The translations under genes and the position numbers were made by a program. Positions 26,582 to 36,141 of a DNA stretch of 64,000 nucleotides are shown here, one piece after another; the first letter of the stretch is position 1; the number at the start of each line of letters is the position of its first letter. Under the pieces are notes generated by a model. The model did not search any database and had not been told where the DNA came from. It saw only the letters and a program-made list of their open reading frames with translations. The stretch is from an uncultured Candidatus Saccharibacteria bacterium (GTDB lineage Bacteria > Patescibacteriota > Minisyncoccia > Phycocordibacterales > UBA9973): assembly GCA_964626965.1 (NCBI GenBank), contig CAZVHB010000001.1, positions 1,818 through 65,817 of the forward strand. The letters are read 5' to 3'.

Positions 26582-26620
26582 AAAAAGTGGGGCAACTATG
26601 TTGCCCCACTTTTTCTTGTT
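26582..26620. terminator. Bidirectional terminator that also ends efp
   Basis: aaaaagtggggcaac-tat-gttgccccacttttt. Confidence 0.8.
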
Positions 26621-26635
26621 TCTATAAATTGTATT

Positions 26636-27217
26636 CTAATTCGCCCTCTCTACATACTCACCATTTTCTGTATTGATACGAATTTTCTCTCCTTCATTTA
26701 AGAACATTGGTACAAAAATTTCTGTACCATTTTCCAAGATAACTGATTTTGTTGCATTTGTCGCGGTGTTACCTCGTACTGCAGGTGCAGCTTCTTTGAT
26801 AATGAATTCCATTTTGATTGGGATTTCTACTGATACGATGATACGATCTTCATTTTCATTTTCAAAAATTTTCATAGTCGCAGTCATTCCTTCTTTAAGA
26901 AATTTTACTTGAGGGTTCCCGATTTTGTCAGCAGGAACAACAAATCTATTTGCTGGATCTTGTGCGTCACAGAACCAGTATTCTCCTTTTGCATTGTACA
27001 GATACTTCACTTCACTTTTTTCGAGATCAGCTTCATCTACTTTATCTGAAACGTGAAAAGAGATTTCAAGTACTTTCCCAGTGAGGAGATTTTTAAGTTT
27101 GGTTGCATTAACCGGTTTTCGTTGTTGTTTTCTAAAAACATGACTCGTGATGACTTCATACGGTTCATCTTCATAGATAATAACTTTTCTTTCTCTAATT
27201 TCATTATATTCTAGCAT
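26636..27217 (-). CDS. efp: Elongation factor P
   Basis: ...NATKLKNLLTGKVLE..., three-domain length, KOW-like N-terminus. Confidence 0.85.
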   Translation of the reverse strand: MLEYNEIRERKVIIYEDEPYEVITSHVFRKQQRKPVNATKLKNLLTGKVLEISFHVSDKVDEADLEKSEVKYLYNAKGEYWFCDAQDPANRFVVPADKIGNPQVKFLKEGMTATMKIFENENEDRIIVSVEIPIKMEFIIKEAAPAVRGNTATNATKSVILENGTEIFVPMFLNEGEKIRINTENGEYVERAN

Positions 27218-27292
27218 ATATTGATATAGTACTTTTTTTTAGGCTAAAAGCAACCCCCGCATCACTTACATTTTTAAAATATGCTATATTGT

Positions 27293-28087
27293 ATGTATAT
27301 GAGTTGGGCAACAGCGCGTCAAGCAAAAGTTATTTTTTCTATACTATTTCTTCTTGTAGGTATTGCAGGTGCGATTTTTCTTTCTGCTTCTGTGAAAAAA
27401 CCAACATGTTTTGACGGGAAAAAAAATGGAGTAGAAGACGGAGTTGATTGTGGTGGTGGATGTTCACTTCAATGTAAAGAATATACTCAAGATGTTGTGG
27501 TGAAATGGCAACGGTCTTATCAAATTACAAAAGGATTTTATAATGCGGTTGCATATGTTGAAAATCAAAATTTTCAAGCAGGAGTACGGAGCGTTCATTA
27601 TAAATTCCGGCTGTATGATGCAGACCGTATTCTGTTGACTGAGCGTGATGGAGAAACTTTTCTTGAACCAAATAAAGCAGTTGTTGTATTTGAACAACAA
27701 ATTCCTGTAGGTAACGCTATTCCGGCATATACAACATTTCAGTTTACTGATGCGATTTCTTGGATCAAAACTGATGCTCGGTACAATGAAATGATTATTG
27801 CGCCATCTGAACAAGTATTTGATGAGAAAGATATCAAACCTCGTTTTTCTACTGTGCTCAAAAATGTCTCTGAAAAATACACCATTTCAAATATTGATGT
27901 GTATGTTGTTGCGTATGATGATGTCGGGAATGCTATTCAGGTTGGAAAGACGCTTATTAAAGAGCTTCCACCTCGTGCGAAAAAAAATGTATTCGTTATT
28001 TGGCAAAATAAATTTGATGTGAAACCGACTCGATTTGAAATAATTCCACGATATAATCCATTTACTCAAGAGTATCCAACCAAATAG
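27293..28087 (+). CDS. Hypothetical membrane-anchored protein
   Basis: N-terminal TM helix and a CFDGKKNGVEDGVDCGGGC motif. The start is 27281, 27293 or 27299. Confidence 0.5.
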   Translation: MYMSWATARQAKVIFSILFLLVGIAGAIFLSASVKKPTCFDGKKNGVEDGVDCGGGCSLQCKEYTQDVVVKWQRSYQITKGFYNAVAYVENQNFQAGVRSVHYKFRLYDADRILLTERDGETFLEPNKAVVVFEQQIPVGNAIPAYTTFQFTDAISWIKTDARYNEMIIAPSEQVFDEKDIKPRFSTVLKNVSEKYTISNIDVYVVAYDDVGNAIQVGKTLIKELPPRAKKNVFVIWQNKFDVKPTRFEIIPRYNPFTQEYPTK

Positions 28088-28088
28088 T

Positions 28089-29222
28089 ATGGGAATGAGT
28101 ATACAGAAAAAATTTTTCAAAGTAGATTGGATTATTTTAAGTATTGCTATAGTTATTTGTATTGCATCACTTGTCACACTCTATACATTTGATCACTCAA
28201 CGAGCTTTTTTGATAAGCAGGTTATTTTCCTCCTTATCTCTATTATCTCTTTCTTTTTGGCGAGTCAGGTAGATTTACAAATCTTTAAATCGACTAATGT
28301 AATTATTTATGTGTATCTTGCTGGTATTGTTATATTGGCTGTCTTATTTATCTTGGGGCATACTGTAAAAGGTGCACAGAGTTGGTTTTCTTTTGGTACA
28401 TTTTCTTTCCAGCCGACAGACCTTATGAAACTCGCTGTCATCTTAATGTGTGCAAAGTATTTTTCTCGCAGGCATGTGGAGATTAAACGTTTTCGGCATA
28501 TTCTCATTTCTTCTGTCTATATGGCTATTCCATTTATCCTGATTTTTTTACAACCAGATTTTGGTTCAGCGATCATTGTGTTCATTGTCTGGTTTGGACT
28601 CCTTTCTATTTCAGGTCTTTCTAAAAAACACCTTCTCCTGTTTTTTGTTATAGGATTATCTCTCTTTGTCGTACTGTGGAGTTTTGTGTTTAAAGAATAC
28701 CAAAAGAAAAGAATAGAAAATTTTATCAATCCAACACTCGATGTTACTGGAACGGGCTATAATGCAAAACAATCTCTTATCGCTGTAGGATCTGGCCAGA
28801 TTACAGGGAAGGGAATCGGACACGGAACACAATCTCGACTACACTTTTTACCTGAATATCAGACAGACTTTATTTTTGCGGCGTATGCTGAAGAATGGGG
28901 TTTCATTGGAACGTGTTTTATTATCATTTTGTACGCTCTCTTGTTTCTCCGGATTATTATGATTGCGCTTCAAGGTGCCAGTAATTTTGAAATTTTGGTT
29001 TGCGTGGGGATTGCGATATTTTTCCTCGCACATGTTCTTATTAATATTGGTATGAATATCGGTATTATGCCGATTACTGGGATTACGTTACCATTTATGA
29101 GTTATGGTGGATCCCACTTAGTTACAGAGTTTATTGCACTTGGTTTGGTTTCTTCTGTATATCGAAATCGTCGTGCAACACATCGCGACAATTTGCATTA
29201 TGAGTTTTTAGGAGTAGAGTGA
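28089..29222 (+). CDS. SEDS-family peptidoglycan glycosyltransferase (FtsW/RodA)
   Basis: FQPTDLMKLAVIL, the GTGYNAKQSLIAVGSGQITGKG motif, 10 TM helices. Confidence 0.85.
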   Translation: MGMSIQKKFFKVDWIILSIAIVICIASLVTLYTFDHSTSFFDKQVIFLLISIISFFLASQVDLQIFKSTNVIIYVYLAGIVILAVLFILGHTVKGAQSWFSFGTFSFQPTDLMKLAVILMCAKYFSRRHVEIKRFRHILISSVYMAIPFILIFLQPDFGSAIIVFIVWFGLLSISGLSKKHLLLFFVIGLSLFVVLWSFVFKEYQKKRIENFINPTLDVTGTGYNAKQSLIAVGSGQITGKGIGHGTQSRLHFLPEYQTDFIFAAYAEEWGFIGTCFIIILYALLFLRIIMIALQGASNFEILVCVGIAIFFLAHVLINIGMNIGIMPITGITLPFMSYGGSHLVTEFIALGLVSSVYRNRRATHRDNLHYEFLGVE

Positions 29223-29230
29223 TACAGAGT

Positions 29231-30034
29231 ATGATTATTGATGGAAAAACAATACAAAAAAATATTGAAGAGCAATTGAAAGCACAAATAGTAGGTAAGG
29301 ACTATGTGCTTGATATTGTGTATGTAGGAGAGAATCCAGTGATTGAGACGTATATCCGTGCAAAAAAGCGTTTTGGTGAAAAACTCGGGATTACTGTTCG
29401 CGTACATCATCTTGCTGAATCGACAACATATGAACAGCTACAGGAACGCATCCGAATAATTGAAATCGATTCTTCTGGTGTAATCGTGCAACTTCCATTA
29501 CCGGCGAGTCTTGATACAGTAGAGGTGATTAATTCTATTGATCCGCGACTTGACGTCGATATTCTCTCTGAATGTGCGTATCAAAATTTTCTTGAGAAAA
29601 AAAATAAACGCTATCCACCGGTTCTTCGAGCAGTACTCTACGCACTTGAAGCTTATGATATATCACTTACTGGTAAAAATATTTATGTTCTCGGAAATGG
29701 GCGACTTGTTGGTAAGCCAATTGCTGATTACCTGACGATACATGGATTTCCCTTTACTCAACTCACAAAAGCAAATTTTTCAGTATCAAAACTCAAAGAA
29801 GCTGATGTTATTTTCTCTGGTATGGGTATGTCTCACATGATCACATTCGATATGGTGAAGTCTGGTGTGATAGTGCTTGATTGTGGAACGAGCGAAGAAG
29901 GAAATACTGTTCTTGGTGATGTGCATCCAGATGTTGCAGAGAAAGCAACATATTTTACTCCTGTCCCTGGTGGAATCGGACCACTGACAGTGACTGCACT
30001 TTTTAATAATGTTATTACTCCATATGAACTATAG
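29231..30034 (+). CDS. folD: Bifunctional methylenetetrahydrofolate dehydrogenase/cyclohydrolase
   Basis: YVGENPVIETYIRAKKR, NGR.VGKP.A, PVPGGIGPLTV. An alternative GTG start lies at 29219. Confidence 0.8.
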   Translation: MIIDGKTIQKNIEEQLKAQIVGKDYVLDIVYVGENPVIETYIRAKKRFGEKLGITVRVHHLAESTTYEQLQERIRIIEIDSSGVIVQLPLPASLDTVEVINSIDPRLDVDILSECAYQNFLEKKNKRYPPVLRAVLYALEAYDISLTGKNIYVLGNGRLVGKPIADYLTIHGFPFTQLTKANFSVSKLKEADVIFSGMGMSHMITFDMVKSGVIVLDCGTSEEGNTVLGDVHPDVAEKATYFTPVPGGIGPLTVTALFNNVITPYEL

Positions 30035-30533
30035 TATTTTGCAATTTTTATATGGGATTGGACAAACATATCCAAAACTTGGAAGTATGTTTGTGTTTAT
30101 TTCAGGGCCGGTGAGTTACATCATTATTCCATTCTTAGTACTCGTGTATCTTTCGTATAAAGCAAAAGAGAATTTTATGTATGTATTTTCACTTGTTTTC
30201 CTTGCAGGTTTCTCGAGTCTTCTGGCTGCTCGAATTCTCAAAGAAATATTTCGAGTTGCTAGACCTGCGCTCACTCATGACGCAATTATTCCGCTCTCAA
30301 AAATTGGAGGGTATAGCTTTCCTTCTGAACATGCTTCAGTGTATGGAGCGTTGACCATCGTATTATTTCATTTTGATTATAGGCTTGGTCTGATTTCACT
30401 TGTATTTGCGATACTCGTCATGCTTTCTCGTGTTGTTGTTGGTGTACATTACCCACTTGATGTTGTGGTGGGATTTTTTGTTGGAGCAATGGTCGCATAC
30501 GGATGTATTATTTTTTTTAAAAGATTTATATAA
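30009..30533 (+). CDS. PAP2-family phosphatase (undecaprenyl-diphosphate / phosphatidic acid phosphatase-like)
   Basis: PAP2 motifs KEIFRVARP, SFPSEH and VGVHYPLDVVVG. Confidence 0.75.
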   Translation: MLLLHMNYSILQFLYGIGQTYPKLGSMFVFISGPVSYIIIPFLVLVYLSYKAKENFMYVFSLVFLAGFSSLLAARILKEIFRVARPALTHDAIIPLSKIGGYSFPSEHASVYGALTIVLFHFDYRLGLISLVFAILVMLSRVVVGVHYPLDVVVGFFVGAMVAYGCIIFFKRFI

Positions 30534-30539
30534 ATCAGT

Positions 30540-31307
30540 ATGACACTCCTACAGGTATGTATCTTAAGTATCGTTGAAGGTATCACAGAATTTTTACCGA
30601 TTTCTTCGACTGCTCATTTGCAAATTGTTGAACGTATACTCGGTATTGTTCCAACAGACTTTGTCCGATCATTTACACTTATTATTCAAGTGGGGGCACT
30701 TTTTGGTACAGCACTCTATATACTACAAAAAAGAAATATGTTTGTCCTTGATTTTAGGACATGTAAAAAAATTATCATTGCATGTATTCCAACTCTTATG
30801 ATTGGTTTTGTGTTGTACAAGCTTGTTAAGGGATATTTCTTCGGTAATTTTATACTCATTGCGTGGGCACTCATTCTCGGTGGGATACTGATGATGATTG
30901 CGGAGCAGTATGCAAAAAAACACACAAACAAAAAAATAGGTATTACTCAAAAAGAGGGGATCATGTTAGGTATTGCACAAGCAATCGCAGTCATCCCTGG
31001 CGTCTCTCGGTCCGGTGCGGTACTTGTCGCTGGGTATTTTGGGGGAATTGAAAAAAGAGCACTTGCGCAGTTTTCATTTCTCATTGGGCTTCCTGTGGTA
31101 TTTGTTGCATCAGTGTATGATGTTTTTAAATCAAATATCAGTTTCTCTTCCCATGAAGTAAATCTGACTATTCTAGGTGTACTTATCTCCGGAGTATTTT
31201 CATACTTAGTTGCTGGTTTATTTTTGAGACTTATTGCTCAGTATTCGCTTACTCTTTTTGCATGGTATCGGATAGTGGTTGGAGTGGTTATTCTGTTTTT
31301 GATCTAA
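30540..31307 (+). CDS. uppP: Undecaprenyl-diphosphatase (BacA/UppP)
   Basis: EGITEFLPISSTAHL; PGVSRSGAVLVAG. Confidence 0.9.
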   Translation: MTLLQVCILSIVEGITEFLPISSTAHLQIVERILGIVPTDFVRSFTLIIQVGALFGTALYILQKRNMFVLDFRTCKKIIIACIPTLMIGFVLYKLVKGYFFGNFILIAWALILGGILMMIAEQYAKKHTNKKIGITQKEGIMLGIAQAIAVIPGVSRSGAVLVAGYFGGIEKRALAQFSFLIGLPVVFVASVYDVFKSNISFSSHEVNLTILGVLISGVFSYLVAGLFLRLIAQYSLTLFAWYRIVVGVVILFLI

Positions 31308-31323
31308 ATGTATATACGTCTTT

Positions 31324-31366
31324 AAAAACAAGGCGTTTTGGTGTAGCCAAAACGCCTTGTTTTTAA
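31324..31366 (+). terminator. Rho-independent terminator
   Basis: aaaaacaaggcgttttgg-tgta-gccaaaacgccttgttttt. Confidence 0.8.
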
Positions 31367-31420
31367 ACCAAAAACGTGTAAAATGAGACTATTATTTACT
31401 TAATAGAGTATTCCAATATA

Positions 31421-32809
31421 ATGAAAAACCGATTGATAGCATTACTTATTTTAATTTTAGGAGTTGGGTTCGGGTATTTTGTATACGCGAGTGACCATTC
31501 ATATGTACACCATAAAGCTGTACCAGCTTGGGTCGCAAAATATCCATTCAAACTCGGGCTTGATTTGAAAGGGGGAGTACACCTTGTGTACAAAGCAGAC
31601 GTGTCAAAAATCGACTCAAAAGAAGTTGGTAATGCAATGACCGCACTTAAAGATGTTATAGAACGACGCATTAATGCGTTTGGTGTTGCAGAACCTATTA
31701 TTCAAGTTCAAGAAGCAAGTTTCACTAATAATAATGAACAACGTCTCACTGTGGATCTTCCTGGTGTTACTAATATTGATGAAGCGATTAAGACAATTGG
31801 TGAAACCCCAAATCTTGAATTTAAAACAGAGAATCCAGATTTTGATCCTAATGCTCCTCTCAAATTAGATGCTTCTTCTGTTGATGGAAATGGAAATGTC
31901 TCTCTCGGTGCATCATTTGATCCTTACGCAAATAAGTATGTTAGTTCAGAACTCACCGGTCGCTACTTAAAAAAAGCTACAGTAGAATTTAACTCAACAA
32001 CATACCAACCAATCATTGGCTTGCAATTTAACGACGAAGGAGCAAAGCTCTTTGAAGAAATGACAAAAGCAAATGTTGGTAAAACTATCGCTATCTATCT
32101 CGATGGGCAAATCCTTTCTGCGCCTGTTGTACAGGCTGTTATTACTGGTGGTCAAGCAACTATCACGGGTACATTTAAACCAGAAGAAGCAAAAACACTC
32201 GTTGGTCGTCTTAACTCTGGTGCGCTTCCTATTCCAGTAGAACTACTCTCGACTCAAACAATCGGTCCGACTCTTGGTGAAAAGGCTATTTCTGCTGGTG
32301 TTCATGCTGGTGTCATTGCACTGATTCTCATCTCTGTTTTCTTCGTGCTCTGGTATAGACTCCCTGGTTTGGTTGCAGTAGTTGCACTTGCGCTCTATGT
32401 AGTAATCGTTTTGTTTTTCTTTAAAATAATCCCAGTCACGCTGACAGCCTCTGGTATTGCTGGTTTTATTATATCTATTGGTATTGCGGTGGATGCGAAC
32501 GTGCTTATCTTTGAGCGTATTAAAGAAGAAATGAAAAGTGGTAAGAAGTTACAAGAAGCGTTGCATGATGGATATGGACGAGCATGGACCTCGATTCGTG
32601 ATTCAAACTTATCAACACTTATTACTGCACTTATCTTGTTCTGGTTTGGTACAGCGCTTATTAAAGGGTTTGCATTGACACTTGGTGTCGGAGTTCTTAC
32701 TGCACTCTTTTCAGCCGTAATGGTAACACGAATTTTCTTGTACGCACTTCCTGCTTCGAAGTCGAATAAGGTTAATAAAATATTATTCGGATCAGGTTTT
32801 CTGAAATAA
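31421..32809 (+). CDS. secD: Protein translocase subunit SecD
   Basis: LGLDLKGGVHLVY; C-terminal 6-TM domain. Confidence 0.9.
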   Translation: MKNRLIALLILILGVGFGYFVYASDHSYVHHKAVPAWVAKYPFKLGLDLKGGVHLVYKADVSKIDSKEVGNAMTALKDVIERRINAFGVAEPIIQVQEASFTNNNEQRLTVDLPGVTNIDEAIKTIGETPNLEFKTENPDFDPNAPLKLDASSVDGNGNVSLGASFDPYANKYVSSELTGRYLKKATVEFNSTTYQPIIGLQFNDEGAKLFEEMTKANVGKTIAIYLDGQILSAPVVQAVITGGQATITGTFKPEEAKTLVGRLNSGALPIPVELLSTQTIGPTLGEKAISAGVHAGVIALILISVFFVLWYRLPGLVAVVALALYVVIVLFFFKIIPVTLTASGIAGFIISIGIAVDANVLIFERIKEEMKSGKKLQEALHDGYGRAWTSIRDSNLSTLITALILFWFGTALIKGFALTLGVGVLTALFSAVMVTRIFLYALPASKSNKVNKILFGSGFLK

Positions 32810-32828
32810 TTTTAAAATATAAATATAT

Positions 32829-33722
32829 ATGTGGATAATTAAAAACAAAAAAATATTTCTCACTATCTCAGCGTTACTTGTGGGCTCATCTGTTTTACTC
32901 GTTGTTTTCTTAGGACTCAAATTAAGTATTGATTTCAAAGGTGGAGCAGAAACAGAAGTAAGTTACACTGTACGACCAACAACAACTGAAGTTAAAACAT
33001 CTCTCGATGCTATTGGGCTCAAAGATGCACTTGTTCAAGAGGTGGGTACTCAAAAAGTGAGTATTAAGACTCTCGCCCTCACTGAAATAGAAAGACAGAA
33101 CTTAGAAAAAAATCTTGGAGCTCTTGGTCAAGGTGGAAAGATAGAAAATTTTAACTCTATTGGTCCATCTGTTGGACGTGAACTTGTTCGAAAATCACTC
33201 TTGGCGATAGTCCTTGTGTCACTTGCTATTATTCTTTTTATTGCATATGCATTTCGTGGGGTTTCAAAACCAGTTGCGTCATACAAATATGGATTGATTG
33301 CGATTACAACACTGATTCATGATATTGCGATTCCATCTGGAGTATTTGCACTCTTAGGTCAAATTCGTGGTGCAGAAGTAGACACACTCTTTGTTGTTGC
33401 ACTTCTCACCGTCCTCGGTCTTTCTGTTTCAGATACGATTGTGGTCTTTGACCGAATCCGTGAAAATCTCCGCGGAGCAAAAGGGGTAGCATTTGAAGAT
33501 ACTGTTGGAAAAAGTCTTTCACAAACATTTGGACGATCTATCAATACATCACTCACTGTTATTCTCGCACTTCTCGCACTCTTCTTCTTTGGTCCTGAAT
33601 CAACCAAGAACTTTTCACTCGTGTTGATTGTTGGTATGTTTTTTGGAACATATTCATCAATCTTCGTCGCATCACCACTGTTGGTTATGGTGGAGAAGTA
33701 TCAGAGAAGAAAGAACAAATAA
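32829..33722 (+). CDS. secF: Protein translocase subunit SecF
   Basis: DFKGG...; HDIAIPSG; FDRIREN. Confidence 0.9.
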   Translation: MWIIKNKKIFLTISALLVGSSVLLVVFLGLKLSIDFKGGAETEVSYTVRPTTTEVKTSLDAIGLKDALVQEVGTQKVSIKTLALTEIERQNLEKNLGALGQGGKIENFNSIGPSVGRELVRKSLLAIVLVSLAIILFIAYAFRGVSKPVASYKYGLIAITTLIHDIAIPSGVFALLGQIRGAEVDTLFVVALLTVLGLSVSDTIVVFDRIRENLRGAKGVAFEDTVGKSLSQTFGRSINTSLTVILALLALFFFGPESTKNFSLVLIVGMFFGTYSSIFVASPLLVMVEKYQRRKNK

Positions 33723-33796
33723 TCTCGACGTAAAGTCGGGATCCCGAACGACGCTTCGGGATTCTAAATGATACATGCCAAATGCTAAAACAAGAG

Positions 33797-33848
33797 GCAA
33801 AAACACAGCAGAGTGGCCAAAGGCCACTCTGCTGTGTTTTTGCCTTCT
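33797..33848 (+). terminator. GC-clamp terminator (ACAGCAG...GGCC-aaa-GGCC...CTGCTGT)
   Basis: ggcaaaaacacagcagagtggccaaaggccactctgctgtgtttttgcc. Confidence 0.85.
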
Positions 33849-33872
33849 TCTAAACAGGGTGGTTTTGTATTT

Positions 33873-33900
33873 TTGACAAATATTATATATTTGTTATAAT
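33873..33900 (+). promoter_or_regulatory. Sigma70 promoter TTGACA-16-TATAAT
   Basis: Consensus hexamers 18 nt before the ATG at 33919. Confidence 0.6.
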
Positions 33901-33918
33901 AAAAAAAATTTAACAAGA

Positions 33919-34467
33919 ATGAAAAAAGATAAACAAGCACTTACAACTTCCGACTTGTCACAAAAGTATGGTCAGTTCGCAATGCGACTCGTTCCTCGCC
34001 TGCTCACTACTTTTGAAGAAGCAGAAAAAACAGCCCACATTAATAACGGCCATGATGACTTTTATGAAAAAAATTCTATTGCCAAAGCGAAATTATTCGA
34101 TATTCCGACAAGTATCGAAGGAGAAGAATTAGTCTTGTATTACGAAGGGAAAAAACAGCTAATTTTAAAAGAAGGATTTCATGAGTATTTTAAATTAAAA
34201 GGTTATGAAGTCATTAATAATCCTGCACCCTCCTTACTCATTGATGCCAGCGCAATTTTAACGGAGCAAAAGCTCACGGAGCTTGGTATCCCGGCTGATG
34301 TGAATATCGTGTTGCCGTCTGCCTATGGGAATACCTTCTGGATCGCTCTTAGTATTTTCTGTTTTCCAGCCGTGCATCGTGGCGGAGGCTATCGTGGCCT
34401 GGACATGGCGAGCATTAATCTTGTTTGGAACCGCCACTTTGCATTCCTTCTTCGTAAAATCATTTAA
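33919..34467 (+). CDS. Hypothetical protein
   Basis: ORF with its own promoter. No recognisable domain. Confidence 0.5.
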   Translation: MKKDKQALTTSDLSQKYGQFAMRLVPRLLTTFEEAEKTAHINNGHDDFYEKNSIAKAKLFDIPTSIEGEELVLYYEGKKQLILKEGFHEYFKLKGYEVINNPAPSLLIDASAILTEQKLTELGIPADVNIVLPSAYGNTFWIALSIFCFPAVHRGGGYRGLDMASINLVWNRHFAFLLRKII

Positions 34468-34564
34468 TTTGTTTGTTCTTAATCATGTAAGTGAGACCTC
34501 CTGTGTTTTTAGCACGGAGGTCTTTTAATTTACGTTTTATTTTCTTTTTTGCTATACTTCACCT

Positions 34565-35206
34565 ATGGAAAATACACAACAAAGTATGCCTGAAAAAATG
34601 GCAAATAATGCATCAAATCATATGAATACAGTAGTGAGTGGCTTCAAAAAGCTCTCTACTACTATCGTTGTTCTTGGTGTCGTAATAATCCTCGTACTCT
34701 GGGGTATGAGTATCAGAAACGGTTTTGCAACAAAGAGTCTTAATGTTGAAGCAAAATTTTCAGCGATAGATACAGACCTAGAGCGTAGATTTGCTTTGAT
34801 TCCAAACTTGGTTTCAACGGTCAAAGGACTCACAGCCCAAGAACAAGAAGTCTTTGGCACTATTGCCCAAGCTCGTTCACAATATGCTGGAGCACAAACA
34901 ACAGAGGGGAAAGCACAAGCTGGAGCTCAGTTTGAAAGTGCACTCGGAAGACTTCTTGTCATTACCGAAAACTATCCTGCTCTTCGTTCAAGTGAAGCAT
35001 TTCAAACACTCATGGCACAACTTGAAGGAACAGAAAATCGTATTTCAGTATCACGTAAAGATTACAATACTGCGGTTCAAGAATACAATACGATGATCGT
35101 TCGTTTCCCAGCAAATATTGTAGCGAAAATCTTTGGCTATACAAGTAAAACATTCTTTACTGCGACAGAAGAAACTCGAACAAATCCACAAGTTAACTTT
35201 CAGTAA
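34565..35206 (+). CDS. lemA: LemA family membrane protein
   Basis: NVEAKFSAIDTDLERRFALIPNLVSTVKG...QARS. TGCTATACT-N6-ATG. Confidence 0.85.
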   Translation: MENTQQSMPEKMANNASNHMNTVVSGFKKLSTTIVVLGVVIILVLWGMSIRNGFATKSLNVEAKFSAIDTDLERRFALIPNLVSTVKGLTAQEQEVFGTIAQARSQYAGAQTTEGKAQAGAQFESALGRLLVITENYPALRSSEAFQTLMAQLEGTENRISVSRKDYNTAVQEYNTMIVRFPANIVAKIFGYTSKTFFTATEETRTNPQVNFQ

Positions 35207-35209
35207 TAT

Positions 35210-36097
35210 ATGAGACGAGTATTGTTCTCTACAATTCTCGCGGTTCTAACACTCTTTCTTTTTACAGGAAAGAGTGTTTTGGCATACAGTAGCCCTGGAA
35301 AACCAACAGGCTATGTAAATGACTTTGCAGGAATGCTCAAGCCTGAAACAAAAACTGCTCTTGAAGCGACACTTACTCAATTTACTAAAGAAACCAGTAG
35401 TGAAATTTCTGTGGTCACAGTAAACAATCTCGATGGAGACAGTATAGAAAACTACGCGAATGAACTATTCCGCGCGTGGGGGGTTGGGACAAAAACAAAT
35501 AACAATGGTGTCCTTCTTCTCATCTCTCAAGAAGATAGAAAACTTCGTATTGAAGTTGGTTATGGTCTTGAAGGTGCACTCCCTGATGCGACAGCCTTCA
35601 GTATTATTCAGAATGACATCACCCCACTTTTCAAGACTGGGGATTATGACGCAGGTGTAACTATCGGTGTAGAAAAAATAATTTCTGCAACGAAAGGCGA
35701 ATATACTGCAGAGCCTGTGAAAAAGAAAGGCATATCAGGAAACGTTCTCGAAGTGCTCTTTTTTGTTCTTATCTTTGGGTTTAATATTCTTGTTGCAATC
35801 CTTGCTCCCTCAAAATCTTGGTGGCTTGGCGGTGTAATAGGGGGAGTGATCGGCGGAATTGTCGGCTTTATATTCTGGTCTCTTGTTGGCGGAGCTATCC
35901 TCGGAGGAATTCTTTTAGGACTAGGGCTCATCATTGATTTTTTTGTTTCAAAAGCGTATCAAAAAGGAGGAGGGAGAGGTGGTCCATTCGGTGGTATCTG
36001 GACCGGTGGCGGATTCGGAGGTGGCTCATCAGGAGGTGGTTTCGGTGGATTCTCTGGTGGTTCATCTGGTGGTGGAGGATCTTCGGGAGGTTGGTAA
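35210..36097 (+). CDS. TPM-domain (TLP18.3/Psb32/MOLO-1, DUF477) protein with a Gly-rich C-terminal tail
   Basis: YVNDFAGML...LLLISQEDRKLRIEVGYGLEG; C-terminal GGGFGGGSSGGG repeats. Confidence 0.8.
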   Translation: MRRVLFSTILAVLTLFLFTGKSVLAYSSPGKPTGYVNDFAGMLKPETKTALEATLTQFTKETSSEISVVTVNNLDGDSIENYANELFRAWGVGTKTNNNGVLLLISQEDRKLRIEVGYGLEGALPDATAFSIIQNDITPLFKTGDYDAGVTIGVEKIISATKGEYTAEPVKKKGISGNVLEVLFFVLIFGFNILVAILAPSKSWWLGGVIGGVIGGIVGFIFWSLVGGAILGGILLGLGLIIDFFVSKAYQKGGGRGGPFGGIWTGGGFGGGSSGGGFGGFSGGSSGGGGSSGGW

Positions 36098-36099
36098 AT

Positions 36100-36131
36100 A
36101 AAAAATCCAGAACATGTCTGGATTTTTTTAA
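36100..36131 (+). terminator. Rho-independent terminator (it can also serve the convergent desaturase gene)
   Basis: aaaaaatccagaacatgtctggattttttt. Confidence 0.8.
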
Positions 36132-36141
36132 TGTATGTGAA

